From: Candidatus Terraquivivens tengchongensis
Lineage (GTDB): Archaea > Thermoproteota > Nitrososphaeria_A > Caldarchaeales > Wolframiiraptoraceae
Assembly: GCA_023261845.1 (NCBI GenBank)
Contig: JALNJZ010000003.1
Coordinates: forward strand, 32,001-96,000
Direction of reading: 5' to 3'
Length of the DNA: 64,000 bases
Part shown: piece by piece, positions 9,776 to 20,410 of the stretch
Numbering within the stretch: position 1 is the first letter of the stretch
Layout of the letters: every line of letters starts with the position of its first letter
The notes under the pieces: model-generated
Database searches by the model: none
Told to the model about the DNA's origin: nothing
The model's input: only the letters and a program-made list of their open reading frames with translations
Made by a program: the position numbers and the translations under genes

Positions 9776-10595
9776 TCCATTATCGCCTTTTTTGATAAAG
9801 GCCTACGTCGCTGTCCTACTCATGGCAGCCACGTCCATAATAGGTTCTATCTCCGTATTGAGGGGCGTTGCCTACATGCCTGCCGAAGCGGCACATGCGG
9901 CATTAGGTGGCGCAGCCTTAGGAATCCTGCTCGCTCATGTAGCCAATCTGACGTTAGACCCATACATGGTCGCGGCAATCTTCGCTAGCATTACAACACT
10001 TTCTGCGGGCTATATAGGAAGGAAAGGTGGTCCTGAGGCGATTGCGGCAGCACTCGCTGGTGCACTGACGATTGGTGTCTCCATTTATGCGTTCGTGAGG
10101 TACATTTTACCCGCGAAACTCAGGGTCGTTTTGGACGGCTATCTTGTAGGCGATATACTTCTCTTAGGAGATTTTGACATAGTCGCATTATCGATTCTAA
10201 CTGTGGCATGCATGACAATTTTCGCCATGTTTTACAACGAGATAGTTTACGTGTGCTTCGACCCTGAAGGTGCCGAGGCTATGGGCGTAAACGTTCTATT
10301 CTACGACTTCGTGATCTTCTTTTTGATAGGTCTGGCTGGCAGCATAGTCACAAAGACTGTGGGCACGCTTATCGTTTATGCGCTTGTGATAGCGCCTGCC
10401 ATAACAGCAAAAGAGTTATCGAGGAGCGTCAACGGTATGCTAACACTCACCGCGGCTATAACTCTAGTGGCTGGCTATAGTGGTTTACTGCTCTCAATAG
10501 TATTCAACATACCAAGCAGTGGCTCCATAGCGATATTCGCGAGTGCTATATATGTTGGCACGATGCTGGCTAAGAGGCTGACCCTAAAACGGTGA
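9768..10595 (+). CDS. Metal ABC transporter permease (ABC-3, ZnuB/MntB-like)
   Basis: AHAALGG, YLVGDIL, FDPEGAEAMG. Confidence 0.93.
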   Translation: MVDPLSPFLIKAYVAVLLMAATSIIGSISVLRGVAYMPAEAAHAALGGAALGILLAHVANLTLDPYMVAAIFASITTLSAGYIGRKGGPEAIAAALAGALTIGVSIYAFVRYILPAKLRVVLDGYLVGDILLLGDFDIVALSILTVACMTIFAMFYNEIVYVCFDPEGAEAMGVNVLFYDFVIFFLIGLAGSIVTKTVGTLIVYALVIAPAITAKELSRSVNGMLTLTAAITLVAGYSGLLLSIVFNIPSSGSIAIFASAIYVGTMLAKRLTLKR

Positions 10596-10639
10596 AGGTA
10601 TAATTACGGCTTCGTTCCATGAAAGGGTAAAGGAGAAAT

Positions 10640-10711
10640 GGGCCGGTAGCGTAGCGGAAGCGCGCCCGCCTCGCACGCGGGAGGTCGCGGGTTCGAGTCC
10701 CGCCCGGTCCA
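10640..10711 (+). tRNA. tRNA-Ala(CGC)
   Basis: GGGCCGG...CCGGTCC-A with G3:U70; anticodon loop CTCGCAC. Confidence 0.95.
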
Positions 10712-10754
10712 ATAATCAAATTTTTTTAAATTTTGATATTGGGTAGGAGCACCG

Positions 10755-11076
10755 TTAAGGCAACGACATGTAGTAGTATCCATAATTGTCTTTGTTTGTG
10801 ACTGTGTAGGTGACTTCCGACCATACCTGCGGCCCACTCTTCAACTGGAATGCTTGCGATGTTATCGGGTCTATTATGACGGGTGCTGTAAAGTCATTCA
10901 ATGAGCCAGAGCCGGTGAACTCCTTCAAGATATCAGTAACGTCTGAACCGGAAGTTATTTGGACAGTGTGGGTTCCAGGTGCTGCTGGAAACGTCTGTTT
11001 CCATGCATCATATGCAACCACTGATGAAAATGCGTTGAGACCGAAGAGTAGTAAGGCTTGAAAGGGTAACTATCAT
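10755..11076 (-). pseudogene. Remnant of a secreted/surface beta-rich protein
   Basis: Thr/Ser/Gly/aromatic-rich 88-aa ORF; upstream hydrophobic leader cut by TAG (11070-72); nearest ATG (11076) is one base out of frame. Confidence 0.4.
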
Positions 11077-11117
11077 ACCATTCGGAACTGAAAAATTCTC
11101 GCGTCAAAATGGGATGC

Positions 11118-11852
11118 TTAGCGGTATAGGTTGCGTAGTGAGCTTATAAGTGATTGTATGTCTTGCTTGAGTGACAGGACGAATGGTATGCCTTCGTGCT
11201 CTGCCAGCGTTATGGCTAGCTCGTCCACATCTTCGGGCTTTGTGGGCCCATGGATTACTATCATCCTGGGCTTTATCGGGTATATCTTCACTGCGATCAA
11301 AGGTGAGCGACCCCTGCTTACGCCGACGAAGACCAGCGCCCTCATGGAGTTCGTACCGAACAATCTTAGAAAATCTGTTGCGTCCATGAATTTTATGGCG
11401 TTCAGGCTGTCCACGACTGTGTACCCGTATACTGGCTGGTCCTGTCCTTCCTTGCCGGCCAGGATTACACCATCCACAGCCTCCGTAACTTCTTTGACAG
11501 ATTTTGCCTTAGGAAACTCTGCCATGTCTAAGATAACGTTACTGAGATCTTTCGTCGTTGTTGTGAACTTCTTTATATGAACGCCACCCCTCTTGGAATC
11601 TATCTCTATCAGCGCTGTGACGAATTTCCTAAGAAAGATAGTTCCTGGCGATTTTCGTCGATTCTTTTCGTAATCGTTCAAAACAGACGGTGCTATGCCC
11701 ATGTGCCTTGCCAGCTCACTTTGGCCGAGCTCAAACAGAAGCCTCCATTTCTTCATCACGTCGCCAGGAGTTTTAGAAAGTATTATCTCACCAGCTATTC
11801 TGTTCATTAAAGCCTCTTCCATCGCCCCATACGTGCCAGCAGAGCTACCCAT
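11118..11852 (-). CDS. XRE-HTH transcriptional regulator (COG1709-like, with DRTGG-like C-terminal domain)
   Basis: RIAGEIILS, DYEKNRRKSPG, GYTVVDS, GRSPLIA. Confidence 0.85.
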   Translation of the reverse strand: MGSSAGTYGAMEEALMNRIAGEIILSKTPGDVMKKWRLLFELGQSELARHMGIAPSVLNDYEKNRRKSPGTIFLRKFVTALIEIDSKRGGVHIKKFTTTTKDLSNVILDMAEFPKAKSVKEVTEAVDGVILAGKEGQDQPVYGYTVVDSLNAIKFMDATDFLRLFGTNSMRALVFVGVSRGRSPLIAVKIYPIKPRMIVIHGPTKPEDVDELAITLAEHEGIPFVLSLKQDIQSLISSLRNLYR

Positions 11853-11918
11853 CTACAATGATTTTATTGAGGAACCTAAATATATTAATATTTTAGTGCT
11901 GAAGTAAGACAATATGGG

Positions 11919-12653
11919 ATGGGAAAGAAAAACACACGTATGAAGAAGGTTAAACCACCTGTCGCAATAGAAGTCTCGGATATTTTAAACCTGGCTAGGC
12001 TAGCTATGAGTAGGGTTGACATTCAACCATTATTCTGGCACTTCAGGTGGAAAAACCAGCCGATACTCGGCTACCTTTCGTCCATACCGTATTGGTACGG
12101 AAATTTGCCGATATTTACATACACAAAACTCGATTGCAAATTGAAAAGTTACATAGCGTACATGAGTGTCGAGAAGGAGGAGGTCTTATTGACAGATAGC
12201 AACGACGATAGCCGGTACATGTATGGCGCGGTTGTTGAAACGGAGAACGAACCTCCGTTTATAACGGAAGCCCTTTCTGGGCGCAACAAGCTGAAAGATA
12301 AGCCAGTACTCATAAAAGCAGGAAACCTAAACTCTCTAATCAGGATGCTGATCATACTATCAGATACGAATTCTTCGCCACCTTTATGGTACTTTGAGTT
12401 TAAGGGCAAGCATGTGCTAGGTCTTATAGCTCCTTTCTTTGACTATTATGACGCCAATGCTTTACCGGTTTTCTTCTACATAGAAAGCGATACAAAGCCT
12501 CCAGCGTCATTCATAAGATACATCTCACTTAAAACTGGAGAGGAGATTTCGTACGTGCCATACATAAGCGATATGAAGTACTTCTACGGCAGGATAGTGA
12601 ACGTTAAGTCTATGCCCTTCTTTACCGGCCCGGATTTGGAGTACCGCAGGTAA
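11919..12653 (+). CDS. Hypothetical protein made of two tandem homologous ~110-aa domains
   Basis: The two halves align by eye (see findings). Confidence 0.7.
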   Translation: MGKKNTRMKKVKPPVAIEVSDILNLARLAMSRVDIQPLFWHFRWKNQPILGYLSSIPYWYGNLPIFTYTKLDCKLKSYIAYMSVEKEEVLLTDSNDDSRYMYGAVVETENEPPFITEALSGRNKLKDKPVLIKAGNLNSLIRMLIILSDTNSSPPLWYFEFKGKHVLGLIAPFFDYYDANALPVFFYIESDTKPPASFIRYISLKTGEEISYVPYISDMKYFYGRIVNVKSMPFFTGPDLEYRR

Positions 12654-12876
12654 ATTTTTACAAACTCCCAACCTCTTGATGGATGCCAGCTCCTTATCGA
12701 ACTCTATTCATTTTAAATACTGTAGAGGTTTTTCATGCATTGACTACATAATTTATTTTATTGCTAAAGGGTGAATTCAGGCAAAAAACCTGTAAATGTT
12801 ACAATTTTAGCCCAAGATTGTGTTAAAATTTATTAGATGGCTAAGTTAGCCGTTGTTTCTGGAGTGTGAGTATTGT

Positions 12877-14538
12877 ATGGCTTCAGCTGAAGTAGGTGTA
12901 GCACAACCAGTCATAATTCTAAAAGAAGGTACGCAGAGATCTAGGGGTAGAGATGCACAATCATCAAACATCATGGTTGCAAAAATTATAGCGGAAAGTA
13001 TGAGGTCGTCGCTCGGACCAAGAGGGATGGACAAAATGCTGGTTGACAGCTTCGGTGACGTCGTCATAACAAACGACGGTGCCACGATACTTAAGGAGAT
13101 GGACGTTGAGCACCCCGTGGCTAAAATGCTCGTCGAGGTAGCTAAAGCGCAGGACTCAGAGGTCGGTGACGGGACAACTACGGCCGTCGTCTTGGCAGGG
13201 GAACTCCTTGCTAAAGCTGAGGAATTAATCGAGAAAGAAGTGCATCCAAGCGTAATAATTGAGGGATACCGTAAGGCGGCCGTGAAGGCCCTCGAGATAC
13301 TTGATGAGATAAGCTACCCGGTAAGCCCGAACGACAGGGATATGCTGATTAAGGTCGCTAAGACCTCGATAGCAAGCAAGCTCGTATCCGAGGAGTCAGA
13401 TTACTTGTCGAACTTGGCAGTAGATGCTGTGCTAAAGGTTGCTGAGAAAGTTGACGGAAAGTGGCACGTTGACTTGGATGATATTTTGCTCGTTAAGAAG
13501 AGCGGCCAGTCGCTACGCGACACGAAGCTCATCGAAGGGATCGTTCTGGACAAAGAAGTCGTTCACCCAGACATGCCGAAACTGGTCAGGAACGCAAAGA
13601 TAGCCATGCTCGACGCGCCCTTAGAGATTGAGAAGACGGAGTTTGATGCAAAGCTCCACATTGAAACTCCGGAACAGATGAAGGCTTTCATGAAGCAGGA
13701 AGAGGATATGCTAAGAGACATGGTCAACAAGATTATATCGGTCGGCGCAAACGTTGTCATCTGTCAGAAGGGCATCGATGACCTAGCGCAGTACTTCCTA
13801 GCAAAAGCAGGTATTTTGGCGGTACGCAGGGTTAAGAAGTCTGATATGGATAAACTCGCCAAGGCCACAAACGGTAGGGTCATCTCAAGAATTGACGACT
13901 TAACGCCTGAAGATCTAGGAAGGGCAGCACTCGTCGAGGAAAGGCGTGTTGGTGAAGACAAAATGGTCTTCATCGAAGGATGCGAGAACCCGAAGTCGAT
14001 AAGCATACTCATTAGGGGAGGTACACAGAGGATAGTTGACGAGGCTGAGCGCTCGCTAAAGGATGCGATAAACGTTGTCAAGGATGTTATAGTCGAGGGC
14101 AAGGTGGTAGCGGGCGGTGGTGCTCCCGAGATAGAGCTAGCCATGAGACTCCGCGATTATGCTAATACCTTGGCCGGTAAGGAGCAGCTGGCTGTTAACA
14201 AGTTTGCCGAAGCGTTAGAGATAGTGCCATCGCAACTTGCCGAGAATGCGGGCATGGACCCAATAGAGACGATAGTTAACCTGACGAGCGAGCACAAGAA
14301 GGGCAACAAGTGGGCAGGTGTCGACATCTTTAATGCCAGGATATCCGACATGTTTAAGCGCGACGTTATTGAGCCGTTACTCGTTAAGAAGCAGACAATA
14401 AAGTCGGCGGTCGAGGCCGCCTCGATGATACTCAAGATAGATGATATAATCGCCGCATCAAGATTAGAAGAAAAAGCTCCAAAGACTGGAAAGGAAGAAG
14501 GAAAAGTTGGAGAAGGAGAAGAAGGATCTTTCGATTGA
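12877..14538 (+). CDS. ths: Thermosome (group II chaperonin) subunit
   Basis: [32 protein letters not shown]. Confidence 0.98.
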   Translation: MASAEVGVAQPVIILKEGTQRSRGRDAQSSNIMVAKIIAESMRSSLGPRGMDKMLVDSFGDVVITNDGATILKEMDVEHPVAKMLVEVAKAQDSEVGDGTTTAVVLAGELLAKAEELIEKEVHPSVIIEGYRKAAVKALEILDEISYPVSPNDRDMLIKVAKTSIASKLVSEESDYLSNLAVDAVLKVAEKVDGKWHVDLDDILLVKKSGQSLRDTKLIEGIVLDKEVVHPDMPKLVRNAKIAMLDAPLEIEKTEFDAKLHIETPEQMKAFMKQEEDMLRDMVNKIISVGANVVICQKGIDDLAQYFLAKAGILAVRRVKKSDMDKLAKATNGRVISRIDDLTPEDLGRAALVEERRVGEDKMVFIEGCENPKSISILIRGGTQRIVDEAERSLKDAINVVKDVIVEGKVVAGGGAPEIELAMRLRDYANTLAGKEQLAVNKFAEALEIVPSQLAENAGMDPIETIVNLTSEHKKGNKWAGVDIFNARISDMFKRDVIEPLLVKKQTIKSAVEAASMILKIDDIIAASRLEEKAPKTGKEEGKVGEGEEGSFD

Positions 14539-14770
14539 ATACAAAGGATTGACAAGGTACGAGAAAGCAAGGATAATTGGTGGGAGGGCACTTCAGCTTT
14601 CGCTTGGTGCCTTCCCACTCATTGAGACAAGGCCCGGCGATACCGTAATAGACATAGCCAAACGAGAACTCGAAGCAGGTGTTCTGCCGATTATAATAAG
14701 ACGGAAGAGACCTGACGGCTCTTATGTTGACATCCAGCTCCAAGAGTTGCTTGAAAAACAAATTGTTTAA
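14507..14770 (+). CDS. rpoK: RNA polymerase subunit Rpo6 (K); exact start uncertain
   Basis: [21 protein letters not shown]...LPIIIRR. Confidence 0.93.
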   Translation: MEKEKKDLSIEYKGLTRYEKARIIGGRALQLSLGAFPLIETRPGDTVIDIAKRELEAGVLPIIIRRKRPDGSYVDIQLQELLEKQIV

Positions 14771-14906
14771 TTTTTTATTGTATTTCTATCGTACTTCTCT
14801 ATAAAATCGTTAGTACATACTACTCGAATGTTTTTGACATCAACCTTTATAAGAAATAACCGCTTCTCCATAAATTACGCACATAATATTCAGGTGATGC
14901 TGACAG

Positions 14907-16004
14907 ATGTATCGAGCAGGAATAAGAGAACTTGAAGCATCGTACAAAAAGCTCTCGTCTTGGTACTATAAAGTTGCAAGGTCCATCACCTGGAGCGTTA
15001 TAAGGGCTTTTATAGATAATTACAGTCCATCAAAGTTCACACGAATTTTGGCCAGCCCTTTATGCTTTGATCTTTTAACAGTCGCTACTGGGTTAGACGA
15101 GTTGGGTAGTGGGTCTACCACGATCATTGGTGCCATACTAAAAGATGTTCTCACACCCGCTGACGGCATAGCGATACTTGGTGGAAAGAGTCTTGCTAGG
15201 TTCGACGTTCCCAATGAGCTTGATGCTGTTGCAACTGAGCTTGGCCTTACGAGCGAAGAGGTTGAGCACCTAAAGTACTGTAGCCGAATGGTGGCAAAGG
15301 TGGACGAAGCAGCCATACAAGATGGTTTCCACTTATACCATCATATGATGGCTGTATCGTATGACGGTTTTTGGGCCGTCGTCCAACAGGGAATTAACCC
15401 AATATCTTGCAAGGCCAGAAGGTACCACTGGTTCTCCGGCAAAGTCAAAAGCTTCGTAGAAGAGCCTCATGAGGGCATAGTCAGCCAAGAAAAGTCGAAG
15501 CTTGTCCTGGATATGACTGCGAAGGAGAGCGAAGAGGCAAGGCATGCATCGATCGAACTAATAGTTTACGACTTCAAAAAATTGAGGCACGTGTACAACG
15601 TTGCTAAACAAAGGACGCAAACGAATCTTTCTTTATGGTTTGATTCGCCTAGGATAGAAAGCTTCGTCGAGCTGCCGCTTAGGATAAACTGGAAGTTAAT
15701 CAAGAGCATCAACTCGAATCCGCCAGCAAACTATGAGGGTTTGCTGGCAATAAGGGGCGTAGGGCCGGAGACAGTAAGGTTCCTCGCCTTCGGGTGTAGA
15801 TGGTTATACGACATAGTACCGAGCATGAACGACCCTGCCGTGATTTTGGACGAATTTACCACTTACACTCCGAACAAAGAAGAAGAAAGGATGATTTTCG
15901 AGGTAATCTCAGCAATAGAGTTATCCAACCTTCCAGTTGAATTGAAAAATCGCGCACTCCATAAAGCAAATGCGTGGTTGACACAAAAGGAGTTTAGTGC
16001 TTAA
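14907..16004 (+). CDS. DUF763 family protein, divergent paralog
   Basis: [30 protein letters not shown], HhH-like [10 protein letters not shown]. Confidence 0.85.
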   Translation: MYRAGIRELEASYKKLSSWYYKVARSITWSVIRAFIDNYSPSKFTRILASPLCFDLLTVATGLDELGSGSTTIIGAILKDVLTPADGIAILGGKSLARFDVPNELDAVATELGLTSEEVEHLKYCSRMVAKVDEAAIQDGFHLYHHMMAVSYDGFWAVVQQGINPISCKARRYHWFSGKVKSFVEEPHEGIVSQEKSKLVLDMTAKESEEARHASIELIVYDFKKLRHVYNVAKQRTQTNLSLWFDSPRIESFVELPLRINWKLIKSINSNPPANYEGLLAIRGVGPETVRFLAFGCRWLYDIVPSMNDPAVILDEFTTYTPNKEEERMIFEVISAIELSNLPVELKNRALHKANAWLTQKEFSA

Positions 16005-17088
16005 CGTCACTTGCTGCGCCCTTTATGAATTCTTCTACCATCGCCCTTGCAACCTCGTCTGGATATTGAATCGGCGGCGATTTCATGAAATATGCCGAGG
16101 GGCCTATTAACACACCAGCTATGCCCCTGTCCATCGCTATCTTCACACAACGTATAGCATCTATGGCGACACCAGCTGAATTTGGTGAATCCCACACTTC
16201 AAGCTTCAGCTCTATATTAAGGGGTGCATTGCCAAAGGCCTTTCCTTCTATCCTGATGTAAGCCCACTTTCTGTCCAAAAGCCATGGGACGTAATCGCTG
16301 GGTCCTATATGGATGTTCTGCTCACCTATGTCGTAAGGTATGAGCGATGTGACGGCCTGCGTTTTGGAAATCTTCTTTGACGTCAGCCTCTCCCTCTCGA
16401 GCATGTTTAAGAAATCCGTGTTTCCACCGACGTTCAGCTGCATTACCCTCTCGACCTTCACGCCCCTATCAACGAGTAGCTTCACCAAAACCCTGTTGAC
16501 GATAGTAGCACCTACCTGAGACTTGATGTCATCGCCGATAATTGGTACGCCCCTCTTCTCGAATATCTTCTGCCAACGGGGTTCTCTAGCTATGAAGACT
16601 GGTATGCCGTTGACAAAGCCGCAACCTGCTGCAAGCGCCTGCTCGACGTACCACTTGGTAGCGGACTCACTTCCTACTGGTAGGAAGTTTATGACGACGT
16701 CTACCTTGTTGCTCTTCAGAACGTCTGCAACATCGACCGTAGGTGACGGGTGCTTTTCGATTACCTCAGATAGGTACTTCCCTAAACTGTCATGTGTCAT
16801 ACCCCTCATCACCTCGACACCGAGCCTCGGCACGTCTGCGAACTTTAGGGTGTTATTTGGTGGGGCGAATATCGCCTCGGAGAGGTCCTTCCCTACCTTG
16901 TTTTTGTCTATATCAAAAGCCGCTGCGAACTCTATGTCGGAGACATGATAATCTCCAAGCCTTACGTGCATGAGACCGGGTACTAATTCGTTCTCGTCCG
17001 CATTTTTATAGAACTCCACACCTTGCACAAGCGCCGATGCACAATTACCTACGCCAATTATACCTACCCTGATCTTACCCACGTCCAC
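15994..17088 (-). CDS. ino1: myo-Inositol-1-phosphate synthase
   Basis: [35 protein letters not shown]. Confidence 0.97.
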   Translation of the reverse strand: MDVGKIRVGIIGVGNCASALVQGVEFYKNADENELVPGLMHVRLGDYHVSDIEFAAAFDIDKNKVGKDLSEAIFAPPNNTLKFADVPRLGVEVMRGMTHDSLGKYLSEVIEKHPSPTVDVADVLKSNKVDVVINFLPVGSESATKWYVEQALAAGCGFVNGIPVFIAREPRWQKIFEKRGVPIIGDDIKSQVGATIVNRVLVKLLVDRGVKVERVMQLNVGGNTDFLNMLERERLTSKKISKTQAVTSLIPYDIGEQNIHIGPSDYVPWLLDRKWAYIRIEGKAFGNAPLNIELKLEVWDSPNSAGVAIDAIRCVKIAMDRGIAGVLIGPSAYFMKSPPIQYPDEVARAMVEEFIKGAASDVKH

Positions 17089-17121
17089 CTCACCAGAATT
17101 TTATGGTTATAAACTACTGTA

Positions 17122-17454
17122 TTAATCTTTTTTCTCGGCAAAAAGTTGGGCCCTGAGGTTATCCAAGAACTCTTTGGCTTTCTCGAGGAACTCTTCGCCC
17201 TTTTTTGTTATCCTGTAATACGTCCTGGGTGGTCCCACTTCGCTCGGAACGGTTTGGGATACTGCTACAAGCCCTTCCTTCTGCAGCATGTAAAGCACGA
17301 CGTAGCATGTAACCTTCCCTGGTCTGAACCCAAACCTCTTCTCTATCATCCTTTCGACCTCGTAACCGTAGAGGGGCCCCTCCCTTAGCAAGCTGAGTAT
17401 GTAGAGCCAAAGGTTTTCCTTCGTCAGCTTTCGAACGAGGCGCTGGAATGCCAT
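17122..17454 (-). CDS. PadR family transcriptional regulator
   Basis: ILSLLREGPLYGYE...YVVLY...RTYYRITKKG. Confidence 0.9.
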   Translation of the reverse strand: MAFQRLVRKLTKENLWLYILSLLREGPLYGYEVERMIEKRFGFRPGKVTCYVVLYMLQKEGLVAVSQTVPSEVGPPRTYYRITKKGEEFLEKAKEFLDNLRAQLFAEKKD

Positions 17455-17548
17455 GGTTAATCCGTATGATGCAGTAGCCCTTTGAATAAGAACGTTTTGC
17501 CGAACATGTTAATATCAAACCGTTAGTTCGTTTAATTACGATGCAACC

Positions 17549-18331
17549 TTGGTAGATATCAGCAATCTGAAGGCCGTAATCCTAGACCTAGATGGTTGTG
17601 TGTACATAGGCGAAAAACCGGTTGAGGGTGCGGCTGAAACCATCGAAAAGCTAAGGCAGATGGGCTACCGCATACTGTTCCTTACAAACAACTCGACGCT
17701 CTCGACAGCAGGTTACGTTAACAAGCTTAGTAGGATGGGCATACAGGTCAAGGATGAAGAAATACTAACTTCAGGTATGGCGACTGCAAAGTACATCTAT
17801 GATGTCTACGGTCCATCCAAGATACTCGCCGTGACGGAGGAAGGTTTCGTTGAAGAAGCTAACCGGATGAGCCATGTCGTGGTACCTTTTGAACGTTTCC
17901 ACGAAGCGGATATAGTCGTGGTAGGGCTGGATCGTAGATTCAACTACCAAAAGTTAAGAGCGGCAGTTAGGGCGATAATGTCCGGCGCGAAGTTTATTGC
18001 CACGAACGAGGACAGAACGCTTCCAACAGAAACTGGTCCGGACCCGGGTGCGGGCTCGATCGTAGCAGCAATCAAGGCCGCCACGGGTGTTGAGCCTATA
18101 GTTATAGGAAAACCCTCCAAAATTATAGTAAACATAGCCATCGAAATGTTAAACGTCAAGAACTACGAGACGATCATCGTCGGTGACAAGCTAGAGACGG
18201 ATGTTCAGGCAGCAGCATCCGCAGGTATGCTTAGCGTCCTCATTTCGAGCACAGAACCAGTTGGGCATCCAAAACCTGACTTTGTTATCAGTAGCATAAC
18301 TTTATTACCAGAGCTCCTATCACGAAGATAG
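17549..18331 (+). CDS. HAD-IIA (NagD-like) phosphatase
   Basis: DLDG, LTNNS, GKPS, GDKLETD. Confidence 0.93.
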   Translation: MVDISNLKAVILDLDGCVYIGEKPVEGAAETIEKLRQMGYRILFLTNNSTLSTAGYVNKLSRMGIQVKDEEILTSGMATAKYIYDVYGPSKILAVTEEGFVEEANRMSHVVVPFERFHEADIVVVGLDRRFNYQKLRAAVRAIMSGAKFIATNEDRTLPTETGPDPGAGSIVAAIKAATGVEPIVIGKPSKIIVNIAIEMLNVKNYETIIVGDKLETDVQAAASAGMLSVLISSTEPVGHPKPDFVISSITLLPELLSRR

Positions 18332-18802
18332 AGTGTTGAAAATATACACGTTCGGGCTTTCCTTTAAAGTTCGTAGGACAACTCTCGTCTCGGTTGAGAC
18401 CACACCTTCCATCTTTCCTATCTCATCCAGTATTTTTGCAAGAGCTTCCCTATCCTTTACCCTTAGCTTAAGCAAGCAATAATAGTCGCCCGTTACATCA
18501 TGAACTTCTTGCACTTCTGGAAGAGAAACAAGTGCCTCTAACACTTTGTCGTATAGGTGCGGTTGGGCCTTTACGGCGATGAAGGCCGTCATCGTTTTCC
18601 CTATCTTATTTTCATCGATTACCGCCTGGAACTTTTTGATGTAACCTTGCTTGATTAGCTTCTTTACCCTGCTATAAACCGCCGCCTCACTAATGCCCAA
18701 CCTCTTGGCTATCTCGGAGTAAGAAGCCCTACCGTTCTCTTGGAGTATGTTAAGAATCATTACGTCTTTTTCGTCTAATCCAGCTTTCATAATCATCCAC
18801 AA
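18320..18802 (-). CDS. Lrp/AsnC family regulator
   Basis: LDEKD..IL..LQENGR wHTH plus RAM domain (VTGDY). Confidence 0.93.
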   Translation of the reverse strand: MWMIMKAGLDEKDVMILNILQENGRASYSEIAKRLGISEAAVYSRVKKLIKQGYIKKFQAVIDENKIGKTMTAFIAVKAQPHLYDKVLEALVSLPEVQEVHDVTGDYYCLLKLRVKDREALAKILDEIGKMEGVVSTETRVVLRTLKESPNVYIFNTLSS

Positions 18803-18874
18803 TAAGCGTTTTAGGGATATTAAGATTATGGTTATGTTTATAAATAGTCAGCGTACCAAAAAAGATTAGCAGTT

Positions 18875-19831
18875 ATGTTGACTACGGTAGCTTTGGTTAA
18901 GGGTCCTGAACTTCTGAAATACAGCTTTCCGGCACCGCACCCGATGAACTCCCGCAGAATCGAGAGCTTCTACGAAAAGGTCGAAACTTTGCCCAAGGAG
19001 ATGTTAGAGGCATTAAAGATTGTTGCGCCCAAAATGGCGACGAGGGAAGAGGTAGCGCTATTTCATGACGCCGATTATATAGAGTTCGTGAATAAAAAGT
19101 CCATGGAAGGGAGGGGGTACTTAGACTCTGGCGACACACCGTCCTTTCCTGGAATCTTTGAGGCAGCCTGCTACGTGGTGGGTTCGACGCTCGAGTTATG
19201 CAGAATCATCCTTTCAGGGAGTGTAAAGAGAGGGTTCAATCCTATGGGCGGCCTCCACCATGCACGTAGATCATCGGCCTCGGGTTTTTGCGTCTTTAAC
19301 GACCCAGGAGTGGCCATAACTTACCTACTCGAGGTGGCGGGCCTCGGGGCTGTCGCATATGTAGATATAGATGCCCACCACGGAGACGGCGTCTGTTATG
19401 AGTTTTATGAGGATAAAAGGGTCGTGTTCGCAGACATACACCAAGACGGTAGGACGCTTTATCCTGGTACTGGTTTTAGGCACGAGAGGGGAAGGGGCGA
19501 GGGTGAGGGTTTGAAGTTGAACATACCTTTGCCGCCAGGCTCGGGTGACGAGGAGTTTAAGGCTGCTATGCTTGAGGTGAAGGACTTCCTCATGGCACAC
19601 GACTTCGATTTTATACTCTTCCAATGCGGGGCTGACGGTATAATGGGAGACCCAATCACCGATCTGAACTATACACCAGCTTCGCATAAGCTCGCTGCCG
19701 AGATTTTATGCGACGTCGCAAACAAGAAATGCGGCGGTAGGATACTCGCCATGGGTGGCGGCGGCTACAATCCAGAAAACGTAGCAGATGCTTGGACTAA
19801 CGTTGTGAAGGTTTTCGTCGAGAAGCCTTAG
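18875..19831 (+). CDS. Zn-dependent histone deacetylase/AcuC family protein
   Basis: HPM, GGLHHA, SGFCVFND, DIDAHHGDG, GGGGY. Confidence 0.95.
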   Translation: MLTTVALVKGPELLKYSFPAPHPMNSRRIESFYEKVETLPKEMLEALKIVAPKMATREEVALFHDADYIEFVNKKSMEGRGYLDSGDTPSFPGIFEAACYVVGSTLELCRIILSGSVKRGFNPMGGLHHARRSSASGFCVFNDPGVAITYLLEVAGLGAVAYVDIDAHHGDGVCYEFYEDKRVVFADIHQDGRTLYPGTGFRHERGRGEGEGLKLNIPLPPGSGDEEFKAAMLEVKDFLMAHDFDFILFQCGADGIMGDPITDLNYTPASHKLAAEILCDVANKKCGGRILAMGGGGYNPENVADAWTNVVKVFVEKP

Positions 19832-20406
19832 CTCGACACGAACTTCATGACCTGCTTGGCTATCAGCTTCGAAAGCCTTACAGGTTCCGGTATGCGACCG
19901 TGTAGTGTGAACTTATCTAACAATCTCTTACCAACGTTCAACTCAACGCCTAGACATCTGATGAACACAGCGTATCCCGTCCAGAGTTTTACCGCGCACC
20001 TTGCACCGTTCCTCTCATAAACCTCCACCCTGGCTTGCCAGTCGTCAGGAAAATTTTTTATGAAATATTCCCTTATGCCCTCGGATTCTTCGTAGGTTAT
20101 ACAGACCAGTGGCAGACCGATTGCCTCATACACTGCGTTGAGGTCCACTACGTTGTACCAGCTTATCACACAACCGCTCAGAATCATGGCGTTTATGTCT
20201 GTCCTGCCGAGCTTCCTGTAAAGTGAGATAACGGCCTCTGTTGCATCCATGCCGCCCACAGTACATTTAGTTATCGCCAGCCCGTCCACCACAAAGTCAC
20301 TCCTCATCACGACGCCTGCAACTATCGAGTTCTTGTTAAGCGTCCTATCGAAGCTCTCGGCTATCCCGAGGACACGGATGGCTGGCTTATCTAACCTTAA
20401 CTTCAA
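19828..20406 (-). CDS. DUF99 family (endonuclease V-like) protein
   Basis: RVLGIAESF, VGGMDAT, PEPVRLS; TTG start inferred. Confidence 0.85.
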   Translation of the reverse strand: MKLRLDKPAIRVLGIAESFDRTLNKNSIVAGVVMRSDFVVDGLAITKCTVGGMDATEAVISLYRKLGRTDINAMILSGCVISWYNVVDLNAVYEAIGLPLVCITYEESEGIREYFIKNFPDDWQARVEVYERNGARCAVKLWTGYAVFIRCLGVELNVGKRLLDKFTLHGRIPEPVRLSKLIAKQVMKFVSS

Positions 20407-20410
20407 ATAG

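Noticed and set aside
10604-10837. 77-aa - strand ORF
   Set aside because: Antisense shadow of tRNA-Ala
12654-12876. AT-rich gap upstream of the thermosome as an ncRNA or origin
   Set aside because: No stable structure or repeated ORB-like boxes seen; consistent with a promoter region
14507-14548. rpoK overlapping the thermosome 3' end as recoding
   Set aside because: An alternative TTG start at 14549 removes the overlap, and short overlaps are common in this window
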